A DNA stretch of 60,356 nt from Octopus bimaculoides (GCF_001194135.2 NC_068989.1:96365814-96426169); one strand, 5' to 3'; numbered from the stretch's first letter, positions 1-11,186 are shown. Notes: generated from the sequence alone by a model not told the origin. Numbers and translations are program-made.

Positions 1-371
1 ATATATATATATATATATATATATATCAGATCATTGAATGAAATGTCTGATTTTGAACTTAAAGTTTATTTTATTTATTTTTTCTATACTAGGTCTCTAA
101 GTCTAACACATCTTCTACCCTAAATCTATTTTTAGTTACCAGCTATTTAGTCTCTGATATCTTGTATAAATCAACATATATATACATATACATACTTACA
201 TACACCTGTGTAAGTATTTGCTGATTGTTTGTAATGTTGTAAATATTTGAGAACATACTAAAATATTTTAGTTGGACTCTCAGCATATTCCTTGAATATA
301 AATTGGTGCTGAGACTCTGGAGCACATACATCTCAGCTACAACCATCCACACACACAATCTTAACAGATCA

Positions 372-466
372 GTTGGCATAGCTCAGTTTGTAGAGCATCA
401 AGCTTTTATTCATCTTTAACTCAAATCATCTGATGGTTTCAGGTTCAAGCTCCTTTCACTGCGGCA
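372..466 (+). pseudogene. Degenerate tRNA-Lys(UUU) with a 19-nt intron-like insert at the canonical 37/38 position
   Basis: TAGCTCAGTTTGTAGAGCA (A box/D arm) at 379-397; anticodon loop CTTTTA at 403-408; insert at 409-427; then ATCTGA; B box GGTTCAAGC at 442-450; TTTTT at 467-471. The acceptor and T stems do not pair properly. Confidence 0.7.
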
Positions 467-796
467 TTTTTCCTCAGAGAATGTCTTTTTTTTATGAATG
501 TACTGTATTAAATATCAAAGAGAGAGAAGGAAATTCATCCCAGTTATGGCTAGTGAGAACATCAAATGCCTTTCAGGCTTCTTTTTTGATAGAGGAGGGC
601 TTTTCAGTGGCACATACTTGCTGTAATATGACTTCAATTGTAGGTACTAGAGTTTTATTCAGCTGAGAAGCTTTTTGCAAAATTAGTTAATGTTTAATTC
701 ACTATTTCCCATATCAGAGACAATGCATTCTCATCTGAACTTGTGGCTGACAGAGAGTAAATAAAAAAACAAAACATATATATATATATATATATA

Positions 797-1218
797 TTTT
801 ACTTGTTTCAGTCATTTGACTGCAGCCATGCTGGAGCACTGCTTTTAGTTGAGGAAATCAACCCCAGGACTTATTCTTTGTAAGCCTAGTACTTATTCTG
901 TCAGTCTTTTTTGCCAAACTGCTAGGTTACGGGAACATACAGAGACACAAACACACCACCATCGGTTGTCATGTGATGTGGTGAGGACAAACGCTGACAC
1001 ACAAACATGCACACACACACACATACATATGTATATATATATATACATATATACGACGAGCTTCTTTCAGTTTCCGTCTACCAAATCCACTCACAAGGCT
1101 TTGGTTGACCTGAGGTTATAGTAGAAGACACTTGCCCAAGGTTCCATGCAATGGGAATGAACCCGGAACCATGTGGTTGGTAAGCAAGTTACTTACTACA
1201 CAGCCACTCCTGCGCCTA
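797..1218 (-). mobile_element. tRNA-derived SINE, family A (near full length)
   Basis: Head AGGCGCAGGAGTGGCTGTGTAGTAAG..GGTTCCGGGTTCATTCC; CORE-like TTGGGCAAGTGTCTTCTAC; internal CA/TA microsatellite; tail CCAGCATGGCTGCAGTC..GAAACAAGTAAAA. Related copies recur across the window. Confidence 0.85.
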
Positions 1219-1342
1219 CGTATATAAAGCCAATAAAGCTCGTTTTCCATTATGCCAGTCACAGTCTAAAGATGCTGACTGGTGAACCAGTTTTTCAGAG
1301 TTGCATCAAGCTGTACTGATACAACGTAAGATAAATATAGTT

Positions 1343-1772
1343 ATAACCATAATAATCCTTGGATGAAATTTAGGAATGTCTTAATGCATCAATACATGCG
1401 TTTCCACAAATCACATGTCTCTTAAGATCACAGTCCGTATTCCTGGGATGATTGCAGTGAAGTCTTTAGTATCCATCAGTATCAGGTGGATCATCTCCAT
1501 GGATTCATTTCTTCAGGTGATATAGCATTAATGGACGTACAACAGAGGGATGCTTAACTCAGTCAACCTTCATATTGGTTAAAAGGGATAAACATACCTC
1601 TCGTAAACATCCACTGATGTTATATCACCTGAGGAAAGGAATCCATGAAGATGATCAACCAGATGCCCATGGATACGATGGACTGTGATTTCAAGGGTCA
1701 TGTGATTTGTGGAAACACATGTAGCGATGCATTAAATGTTTATAAATTCCATCCAAGGATTATTATTGTTAT
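1343..1772. repeat. Long imperfect palindrome (MITE-like foldback)
   Basis: Arms at ~1343-1555 and ~1590-1772 are reverse complements, e.g. ATAATAATCCTTGGATG and TTTCCACAAATCACATG. The spacer is ~35 bp, and the left arm carries a ~25-bp extra segment. Confidence 0.85.
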
Positions 1773-1785
1773 TATTATTATTGTT

Positions 1786-1823
<38 letters not shown>

Positions 1824-2084
1824 NNNNNNNNNNNNNNNNNNNNNNNNNNNNNNNNNNNNNNNNNNNNNNNNNNNNNNNNNNNNNNNNNNNNNNNNNNNNN
1901 NNNNNNNNNNNNNNNNNNNNNNNNNNNNNNNNNNNNNNNNNNNNNNNNNNNNNNNNNNNNNNNNNNNNNNNNNNNNNNNNNNNNNNNNNNNNNNNNNNNN
2001 NNNNNNNNNNNNNNNNNNNNNNNNNNNNNNNNNNNNNNNNNNNNNNNNNNNNNNNNNNNNNNNNNNNNNNNNNNNNNNNNNNNN
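1824..2084. other. Assembly gap. Other gaps: 9833-9964, 20002-20076, 21325-21708, 25418-26278, 26841-27266, 47421-47849, 49484-49520, 56324-56335
   Basis: Runs of N, mostly abutting microsatellites or tandem repeats. Confidence 0.99.
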
Positions 2085-2184
2085 GCCTGGTGTTGCCATC
2101 CGGTTTCACCAGTCCTCAGTCAAATTGTCCAACCCATGCTAGCATGGAAAGCGGACGTTAAACGATGATGATGATGATGATGAT
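2085..2184 (+). mobile_element. RTE-type 3' end with (GAT)n tail
   Basis: GTCCAACCCATGCTAGCATGGAAAGCGGACGTTAAAC followed by (GAT)n. The same 3' end follows RT-coding sequence at 36257-37310. Confidence 0.8.
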
Positions 2185-2219
2185 ATATATATTTGTAGTG
2201 TATTTGTATTATATCATTC

Positions 2220-2264
<45 letters not shown>

Positions 2265-2273
2265 AATATATAT

Positions 2274-2670
2274 GCTGATCACTCAAAGTGGATGAAACTT
2301 ATGGAAGAGGATGACCCAGGAAGACATGGGATGAAGAATCAAAGGCTGATCTCAAGGCACTGAACCTAATGACCGAGATATCTGGTGCCTTGTTGTTCTG
2401 AAAAAGACCCATCTGTCACAACTGAACTGATACTGGGGCTGGTGCTGTATAAAAAGCACTCATGCTGGTGCCAGATTGTAAGCACTGGGGTTGGTACCAC
2501 ATAAAAAGCACACAGTACACTGCGTGGAGAGGTTGGCATCAAGAAGGGCATCCAGCTGTAGAAACCATGGCAGAACAGATAATGGAGCCTGGTATGGCCC
2601 CGGACCTTACCAATTCCAGTCAAACCATCTAACCTGTGTCAGTATAGAAAATGAATATTAAATGATGATG
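2274..2670 (+). mobile_element. 5'-truncated RTE LINE (ORF C-terminus plus 3'UTR)
   Basis: Translates as LKVDETYGRG*PRKTWDEESKADLKALNL (RTE GRGRPRKTW motif), followed by the shared 3'UTR and TAAATGATGATG. Confidence 0.8.
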
Positions 2671-2671
2671 C

Positions 2672-2708
<37 letters not shown>

Positions 2709-2709
<1 letters not shown>

Positions 2710-3587
2710 GAGGTCTGATCAATAAGTATCCAGTCTGTTGCCATAGTAACAAAGCTTAAGCACACAGAGTGAAGCTGCTTGGCACAGATTGATCTTGACC
2801 CCTGCTGTGCCTGTGCACTTAATTTTAACACTCCAGATCACTTCTGCTGTTTACAGCATTGCTTTGAAGTAACGTGTGTAGGGTGTGATCATCGCATTGA
2901 CCATGACAGAGAATGTTGTCATGGCGATACCTGCTCAGAGGCCTAAACGAAATTGCAGAAAGTGTATGGAGAGGAATGTATGAGCCACACACCAGTGTAC
3001 GAGTGATTTAGACATTTCCATGATGGCCGAAAAAGGTTGATAATGACAAACATTCTGGGGGAACTGAGGAAAACATCGCACATGTGCTTGCAGCCGTGAC
3101 GAGAAATCGTCGAATCCCCATCCATGAGTTATTGGAGGGTGTGCAGATGAGTCATGATTGAGTCCAGTTTATTTTCATTGAAGATTTGGGTATGAAACGC
3201 GTGTCTGCCAAGTTTGTGCCAAAACTGCTTTCAGCTGACCAAAAAGACACTTGGGTCTCAGTTGCACAAAATCTCCTTGATTGTGTTGAGAATGAGGGAA
3301 ACTTTTTGAAAACTTTGTGTAGGCCTCTGAGCAGGTATTGCCAAGCCTTTGGCAACATTTGATGCAGAATCTCTGCTCAACTTCCTCTCTTATGGTCAAT
3401 GTGATGAACACATGCTACACGTGTGACTTCCAAGCATTGCTGTAAACAGTGGAAGTGAGCTAGAATGTTGAAACTTAGTGCACAGACACAGCAGAGTTCA
3501 AGGTCGATCTGAGCCAAGCAGCTTCACTCTGTGTGCTTTCTCTTCATTACTATGGCAACAGTCCAGATACTTATTGATCAGATCACA
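2709..3587 (+). mobile_element. Non-autonomous mariner derivative with long inverted arms (duplicated 5' end)
   Basis: The left terminus CGAGGTCTGATCAATAAGTATC matches the reverse complement of the right end, which is followed by TA. A decayed transposase N-terminus (KLQKVYGEECMS; EDLGMKRVSAKFVPKLL..NFLKT) stops just before the TGDE catalytic motif. The right arm reads EVEQRFCIKCCQRLGNTCSEAY on the minus strand. Confidence 0.88.
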
Positions 3588-3957
3588 TATGTATAGATAT
3601 AAATGTATAAGAGAGAGAGAGAGCAGTAGATAGCTTGCTAGCTAGGTAGATATCACATATATGTAGTTATTAGTTGATATCAATTTACACTTCTCATACA
3701 TTATGCTGAGATTTTTATATGATAATTTAATTGATGCCTTCTTCTCTCCATCCTCCACTTCTCCCCCTCCTCCTCCTCACTATCCCCCACTCCCCCTTCC
3801 TTCTCCACTCTTTCTAGAGAATAAAATAAAAATACTTTTTTTATATATTCTATGGTGTATGCATATGGAACTTAATTATTTTTGTGTCTGCACTCTTGCA
3901 TCTGCACACATGCATGTAGACATTCCTATATACATGTGTTCATATATATATACACTT

Positions 3958-4005
<48 letters not shown>

Positions 4006-4067
4006 ACACACATACTTTGATGTTCCGTAGAGCAAGTAACACGCACACGCATATGCATGTGTGTGTG

Positions 4068-4108
<41 letters not shown>

Positions 4109-5771
4109 GGAAATGTGACTCTGCAAGTTCAATGATGGGTCCATTGTATAGTCTGTTATAAGACATTTAAATCTGTCCCCAAGTACAGCTTATTGACTTT
4201 AATAAAGTGCATTGAAATCTTCCATTGTGATAAGATGGAACCATTTGTGTACTTACAATGGAATCCTGGAGAATATTCAAGTTAAGTAGAATAGGTTTAA
4301 TGTGTATGCGCGTGTATATATATATATATATATACTATACTATACATTCTAGCCACTCTGCTGAACAATTGATCAAAGTCTTTAACTAACTACATCATCT
4401 CTCAAAGACTTCTTCCTCTATAAAATATCTTCACTTCTTTTCTAATATGCTGTCAATATTTCCTCTTGTACTCAAAATAATTTTCAGTTTGAGGCCATAT
4501 GAGATGCATTGATTGTGTTGGAAAATATGGATAGATAAATAATTAACAACTTTGATAGATGATCAAACAAATATTAAAAAAAAAGACATAAAGGAGAAAA
4601 AGAGAGCCAGAGGGGTGGGGGGTGAAATAAACATGTTGACAGAGTTTCTGAAGGAGATGTGAATGAATTGACCACCAACAACAAATAACTTTATTTAAAG
4701 AGTAATAGTGAAGGAGACGAGATTTCTTTCAAATGCAAATTAATTCTGTTTCAATGGGACCTGCTTGAGTAATGATCGAAAAAGAAAAAGAAAGACTTGT
4801 CGTTTGTTCAGACATGTATTCAACATCATTTGCCAACATCAATGGCTGTCTTTCCTATCTTTGTCTTGAGAGTATCATTAGATCACACAAATGTCTTACA
4901 ATATTTAGCTATGAGTCTTTAGATCCTGAGTTCAAATCCTGTTGAGGTTGTCTTGCCTTTTTATCCTTTCTGAATTCTTTATCTTTTATTATTTACTTAT
5001 TTCAGTCATTGCACTGTGGCCATGCTGGAGTTGGGTCAAACAAATCAAAGCCATTTCTTACTTTTAAGTGTGGTTCTCAGGCCATCAATCTGTTGTGCTG
5101 AATGACCCTGAGAGTTGTGTCAGTTGAGTGCATGTTCCTACTTGGGCCTCCCATGCTGGACAGTTCAAAGCATAGAGGTTAGTCTGATGGGGACCACCAC
5201 TCCTCAGGGATAAAAACAATGTTCATGAAGGGCCAAAATCCATTGCTAGAAAAAAAAAAACAAAGTGATAGAAGCACTGGTGAAAATTCAAAACCAACAA
5301 AATCTGAAAGAAAAATCCTTTCCCTTTTGGAAACGATAGACCTGAAGTGGAAGTGAGGATAAAACCCAGAAGGGAGACAGCAGAGGCACCGAAAAAGGCA
5401 GGGATCGAATTGGTGAGAAGCAGAGAAAATAATCCAAAGTTGAAAACAGGGAAGAAAAGTCATCAATGATCTACGCTTCGTACGGTGAGAAGGGGTCAAG
5501 TAAAAGTAATTAATCAAATCCTGGGGTCAGTTAAACCAGTGGACACTTGTGTCTTTAAGGCTTCTTCAAGGTAGAGATTACAAGGAAGAATTGAAAGGAA
5601 TCTGTTTGGCACCAAACAGCAGATGAAGGTGCAGACTTCAAATTTTCATGTGAGGAGTTTTATTTATTTTGATAAGAAATAATGAGAAAACAAGGAAACA
5701 ATGTTGCACTAATCCTTGAGATGTGTGAGGGTGTCCAGGCTATCATCTTTCCCAATACAAGGTGACAATTG

Positions 5772-5816
5772 CAGTGAATTAAATCGTGTTTAAGCTGAAA
5801 AAGGCTCCCTGCTCAC
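5772..5816. repeat. Left copy of a 45-bp inverted repeat (partner at 7018-7062)
   Basis: CAGTGAATTAAATCGTGTTTAAGCTGAAAAAGGCTCCCTGCTCAC matches the reverse complement of 7018-7062 at 44 of 45 positions. Confidence 0.95.
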
Positions 5817-5817
5817 A

Positions 5818-5897
5818 GAAGAAGAAGAAGAAGAAGAAGAAGAAGAAGAAGAAGAAGAAGAAGAAGGAGGAGGAGGAGGAGGAGGAGAAGAGGAGGA
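5818..5897 (+). repeat. (GAA)16 followed by (GGA)n microsatellite
   Basis: Direct reading of the sequence. Confidence 0.95.
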
Positions 5898-6106
5898 GTT
5901 GAATTTTGAAAAGGGCAAGCTAAGTTTGTTGTAATGAAGGGTTGGCATGAAGGGAAATGTGAACTGTAGAGAATGCCTGGGGTTTGTTGTTTGATATCAA
6001 CAGAATGGTTTCTAATATAGACACAAAACCACTAATAATGAACACAAAGTGCAGACCATGGCTATAGTCACAGAGATGTGTGTGTGTGTGTGTGTGTGTC
6101 TATGTG

Positions 6107-6324
6107 TTATTTCTTTACTACCCACAAGGGGCTACACACAGAGGGGACAAACAAAGACAGACAAACGGATTAAGTCGATTATATCGACCCCAGTGCGTAA
6201 CTGGTACTTATTTAATCGACCCCGAAAGGATGAAAGGCAAAGTCGACCTCGGCGGAATTTGAACTCAGAACGTAGCGGCAGACGAAATACCGCTAAGCAT
6301 TTCGCCCGGCGTGCTAACGTTTCT
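6107..6324 (-). mobile_element. tRNA-derived SINE, family B, young CpG-rich copy inserted in (GT)n
   Basis: CGTTAGCACGCCGGGCGAAATGCTTAG..GAGTTCAAATTCCGCCGAGGTCGACTTTGCCTTTCATCCTTTCGGGGTCGATTAAATAAGTACCAG, flanked on both sides by (GT)n. Confidence 0.88.
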
Positions 6325-7015
6325 GTGTGTGTGTGTGTGTGTGTGTGTATGCACATATGCATGCACGCATGAAGTTGTCTTTTCATTCCTTCACCTGAGA
6401 CAGTCTGAGTTTAAAACATTATCATTGTATTTAAATTCCTGGTGAACTTTGTTGCATAGGTCTACAATTTTGAAGCCTAGTGGATAAAAAAAAATCTTCC
6501 ACTTGAAAACCACATCGTTAAGGTTTGTGACAAGAAGCGCATCCAATTATAAAATATTGCTTCCATGAAGTATCCATCTAACTTATGCCAGTATAGAAAA
6601 GATGGACGTAAAATGAATAAACATATGAAAGAGCACTTCTTTTTTTTCTTTTTTCCTTTCACCAATTTCTAAGATTGAACTTGTAATTGTTTCTAGTGAA
6701 ACTGAGAAACTAAGACAACATCCAGCAAACCAACAATCTATTGAATATTAATGGCTTTAAGTAAGATAACACTTGATTAGTTCTGCTGAACATTTTTGTA
6801 TTCAGCTCAGTTTTCTCTATTGATGTGCAGCCATGAACATCTGCTTGCTGTAGCATTTCAGGTCATTTAATATTACATTTCTCCTTTTAGATTTACTTGT
6901 AGTTTTATCTATAATAAATAAAGCTCATAATGCGATGACCAAGGCCATAATGTCTACTAATAATGTCATCTCTGGCATAAGTTAAACCAACATTAGCACT
7001 GCTGTACCATCCAAC

Positions 7016-7084
7016 CAGTGAGCAGGGAGCCTTTTTCAGCTGAAACACGATTTAATTCACTGGTTCTATTCAGTTCAGCTAATT
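7016..7084 (-). CDS. Candidate 69-nt phase1-phase1 exon, (E)LAELNRTSELNRVSAEKGSLLT(G); unverified
   Basis: Acceptor ATTAATTCTGTCTTTAG, moderate donor G|GTTGGA, and an open frame. Splice signals only; no recognisable homology. Confidence 0.25.
7018..7062. repeat. Right copy of the 45-bp inverted repeat
   Basis: Reverse complement of 5772-5816 with one mismatch. Confidence 0.95.
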
Positions 7085-7860
7085 CTAAAGACAGAATTAA
7101 TACGAGGTCAGATCAGTAATGATGCCTACCAAGCTCAGTTCCTACATCACAGCAACGAGAAAGACCGATTGTTAGACGCAGCCTCCTCCACTATCGTACT
7201 CTATTGAAAATTTGATAAAATGCCTGAAATGAAATGTCCATTAACAGCTACATTTCCTGTGTAAAGAATAATCTAATTAGATAGCTTGCCACCGAACAAA
7301 GGAATCGGATTAAATTTTGTAAAACAGAGGCTGTATTGTGTAGCCATAGAACTTTGCTTCCTCCTCCATCGCTAACACCATTAGCTGACATTTTGCTTGC
7401 CTAACTTAATTCAAAGAAATACAGGTTTCAGGAAAATTACTATTGGAAGATATTTGGCAAATCTTTCGATAATTTTTGAATGCATTACAATCAGTATTTC
7501 ATAATCTTAGTTACAATAAAGTTTGTATTAATAATGACAGCCAAATACAATGGGAAAATATCATGTACCATTATTTTCTAATCATCATCATCAGCAGCAG
7601 CAACTTTGTATTGCCTTCATCCTCGTTACCAGCATCAATGCTATCATTTCCATGAACATGATGTAACATTACTCTCATTCTCATTTCTCTCCAGAATACA
7701 CAAGTGTTGCAGTTTCCTGTGTGGTAGCTCCACTTCAGAGCAGAACAAACAAACAAACCTCTTTCCAATTACTTAGTTATACAAGTATTTCACTCTTTAT
7801 CAACAATCAGCTGTCACAGACTTCTCTCCATTGTCCTTAACCCTGGGCTGTCTTTACCGC

Positions 7861-8741
7861 TTCTTTCCAGTTGGATCTCTTCTTCAATCCAGTTGGGTCT
7901 CTGCTTCAATCCAGTTGGGTCTCTGCTCTAATCCATGTGAATCTCTTCTCTCCAATTGGGTCTCTTCTTCTTCTCTCCACTTGGATCATTGCTTCTCTCC
8001 ATTTGAATCTCTGAATCTCTCCAGTTGCATCTTTGCTTTTCTCCACTTGAATCTCTTCTTCTCTCCAGTTACATCTTTGCTTCTCTGCAATTGGATCTCT
8101 GCTTCAATCCAGTTGGATCTCTTCTTCTCTCTACTTGGATCTCTGCTTCTCTCCAGTTGGATTTCTGCTTCTCTCTATTTGGATCTCTGCTTCTCTGAAG
8201 CTGGATCTCAGCTTTTCTCCATTTGGATCTCTTTTTTTCTCCACTTGGATGTCTTCTCTCCAGTTAGATCTCTTCTACTCTCCACTTGGATCTCTACGGA
8301 TCTCTGCTTCTCTCCAGTTAGATCTCTGCTTCAATCTGGATTGGCCTCTGCTTCTCTCCATTTGGGTCTCTTCTCTCTTCTTGGATCTCTGCTTTTCTCC
8401 ACTTGGATGTCTTCTTTGCTCCAGTTGGATCTTTGTTTCTCTCTATTTGGGTCTCTGCTTCAATCCAATTGGATCTCTGCTTCTTTCCAGTTCAATCTCT
8501 TTTCTTCACTTGGATCTCTGCTTTTCACCACTTGGATCTCTTCTTCTTGTCAGTTGGATCTCTTCTTCAATCCACTTGGATCCCTGCTTCTCTCCATTTG
8601 GATCTCTTCTTCAATCCACTTGGATCCCTGCTTCTCCCCATTTAGATTTCTGCTTCTCTCCATTTGGGTTTCTGCTTCTCTCCAGCTGGATCTTTTCTTC
8701 TCTCCACCTGTATCTCTGCTTCCTTCCAGTTGGATCTCTCC
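7861..8741 (+). repeat. Degenerate 22-bp minisatellite (~40 units), consensus GTTGGATCTCTGCTTCTCTCCA
   Basis: TTGGATCTC recurs about every 22 bp. The ORF-track translations show the resulting 22-aa periodicity. Confidence 0.92.
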
Positions 8742-9416
8742 TTCATATGTTACCCAGAGGAAAAGCCTTTCTCCCCAAGGTCTTGATAATTTTGAATTGT
8801 CATCGATGCTTCTCTCATCTTCATCTTTTCCAGGTTGTTCGTCCTATGCAAGTCTATTTGTATCTTTGAACAGAGGTGGTCTATACTAGACTGACCTCTG
8901 TCCTTTGAACTCTATCTAGCATGAGGTCCTACTTAAAGCTTATGATTCCCTGACACAGTTGTAAGGTGACTGAGGCATACAAACCTGGACTGGACTTTGT
9001 TGTGGGCTCCAACAATTTATAGGGTCCCAAATATCTTGAAACCTAAATTTTCAAGAAATGTAACCCAACAATGAAAACAGGATGACCTCAAGTGAAAAAA
9101 GAAAAACTTACAGAATCAAACTGACAAGGAAGCCTGTATGTAGTAGCCGGTCCTGCTAGAAATAGCAGCCAAATCTCTCTAGTACATATCCCTGCATCTA
9201 AGCAAGTACATGTACTCTGTGTACTTCCCCTTGAAATTATTGGCTGCCCCCACCTATGTAGTGTCATGTGATGCCACTGGTTGATGTGAGGGTGGCTCTG
9301 TAGACTACAGTACTTGAACTTCCTGTCCAGTCATGTGGTCCAAAAGTTTCCCTGTTCTAATGAAACTGCTGTTCCCTGATTCATTGGTCTTACACTAACA
9401 ACACCATGTGACCCAC

Positions 9417-9488
9417 CTTGACCAATAGCAGCCCATTTTCCAGTTGCCTTCTTGGACTTCCTTTGCCTCTTCCTTTGGTAATCTGAGC
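9417..9488 (-). other. Candidate 72-nt exon, or a decayed RTE fragment (ambiguous)
   Basis: Acceptor CCCATCTCTTTCAG, donor AAG|GTGGGT, and all three frames are open. One frame (KGRGKGSPRRQ) resembles the RTE GRGRPRR motif. Confidence 0.18.
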
Positions 9489-9576
9489 CTGAAAGAGATG
9501 GGTTTCTGTTAGAAACCAAGGATACTTTAAGTTGCATAATAGAACCAAATCAAACCACGTTAAATTATATATACAT

Positions 9577-10030
9577 ACATGAAATCTTTCGAGCGGGATC
9601 GTTGCCAGTGCCCCTGGACTGGCTCATGTGCGGGTGACACATGAAATCGTTCAAGCGGAATCGTTGCCAGTGCCCCTGGACTGGCTCATGTGCGGGCGAC
9701 ACATGAATCTTTCGAGCGGGATCATTGCCAGTGCCCCTGGACTGGCTCATGTGCGGGCGACACATGATATCTTTCGAGCGAGATCGTTGCTGGTGCCCCT
9801 GGACTGACTCTTGTGCGGGTGACACATGAAATNNNNNNNNNNNNNNNNNNNNNNNNNNNNNNNNNNNNNNNNNNNNNNNNNNNNNNNNNNNNNNNNNNNN
9901 NNNNNNNNNNNNNNNNNNNNNNNNNNNNNNNNNNNNNNNNNNNNNNNNNNNNNNNNNNNNNNNNCATACATGAAATCTTTCGAGCGGGATCGTTGCCAGT
10001 GCCCCTGGACTGGCTCTTGTGCGGGTGACA
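9577..10030 (+). repeat. 62-bp tandem array (at least 5 units, interrupted by a gap) at the 5' side of an RTE-type 3'UTR
   Basis: Units start at 9577, 9639, 9701, 9762 and 9824 with ACATGAAATCTTTCGAGCGGGATCGTTGCCAGTGCCCCTGGACTGG. One more unit follows the gap. Confidence 0.93.
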
Positions 10031-10244
10031 CATAAAAGACACCATTTCGAGCGTGGCTGTTTTCGTGTGGGTGACACGTAAAAGCACCCACTACACTCTC
10101 TGAGTGGTTGGCGTTAGGAAGGGCATCCAGCTGTAGAAACTCTGCCAAATTAGATTGGAGCCTGGTGTTGCCATCCGGTTTCCCCAGTCCTCAGTCAAAT
10201 CGTCCAACCCATGCTAGCATGGAAGGCGGACGTTAAACGATGAT
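10031..10244 (+). mobile_element. RTE-type 3'UTR with GAT tail
   Basis: GTGGTTGGCGTTAGGAAGGGCATCCAGCTGTAGAAAC..GCATGGAAGGCGGACGTTAAACGATGAT. Confidence 0.85.
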
Positions 10245-10740
10245 ATATAATTATTTTATTTTCTGGAGGTGTGTGTGTGTGTGTGTGCGTGTGCACACAT
10301 AAATGCACCAATGTATTTATTTATACATGTATATAACATGCATATGTGTGTGTGTGTGTATGTGAAAGCATGTGATTAAATCAGAGCTCAACGTTTTACT
10401 TTCTTTAATCTGTTCATTTATTTCAATATTTTATTATTTTTAACGTGTTTTTGTATTCTAAAATAACCATTTGTACATAAATGGCCTCTGTAGTTCTGTA
10501 ATTCTGCTTCAATTGATGACAACAAAATACCAAAAAGCAAAACACAAAAAAATGTAGATTTGATTATTCAAGATTTGTGGGCCTCGAAGATTGCTCCACT
10601 TATTTATGTCATTGTGTATTTCAGTGAAGACTTTGATAAATATCAAACTATCTTCTCTTTATCTGCCATACAATCTCGTTAAGTATTGTAATCCTTCTGT
10701 TTGTACTATATTCTCACTGAAATAGCTCTTTACTTGAATC

Positions 10741-10780
10741 ACTCTCTCTCTCTCTCTCTCTTTACTTGAATCACTCTGGC

Positions 10781-10858
<78 letters not shown>

Positions 10859-11077
10859 TCTATTTCTCTCTTTCCTGTCTATTTCCCCCCTCCCACTCTC
10901 CTCTCTTGCTCTGTCTCTCTATTTTTATTTCCTTCTAACAAGCCATCCATTTATCTCTCTTTTCATTCATATATCTGTCTACCTATTTATCTCTATGTTT
11001 ATCTATCTCTCCCCCTCCCTATCTTTCCAGGAGTGGGGGGGTTCTATTTCTGTCCATCTATTTGTCTGTCTGTCTTG

Positions 11078-11100
<23 letters not shown>
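10741..11100 (+). repeat. (TC)n microsatellites and a pyrimidine-rich tract
   Basis: Direct reading; includes a short CTCTTTACTTGAATCACTCT duplication. Confidence 0.9.
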
Positions 11101-11108
<8 letters not shown>

Positions 11109-11186
11109 TTCATTAAACTACCTTCCCATTTCTCCCCCTTCTCTTTCGGTCCAACCTCTTCAGTGAACTGTTTCAATGGGACTTAC

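Noticed and set aside
5100-5560. K/E-rich frames resembling a LINE ORF1
   Set aside because: They are short and frameshifted, with no diagnostic motif.
5772-7062. Interpretation as a hAT element with CAGTG termini
   Set aside because: The flanks GACAATTG and GTTCTATT share no TSD, and the interior has no transposase remnant. It is kept only as an inverted repeat.
7861-10030. CRISPR-like appearance of the 22-bp and 62-bp arrays
   Set aside because: The units are contiguous with no unique spacers, there are no cas genes, and the context is eukaryotic.
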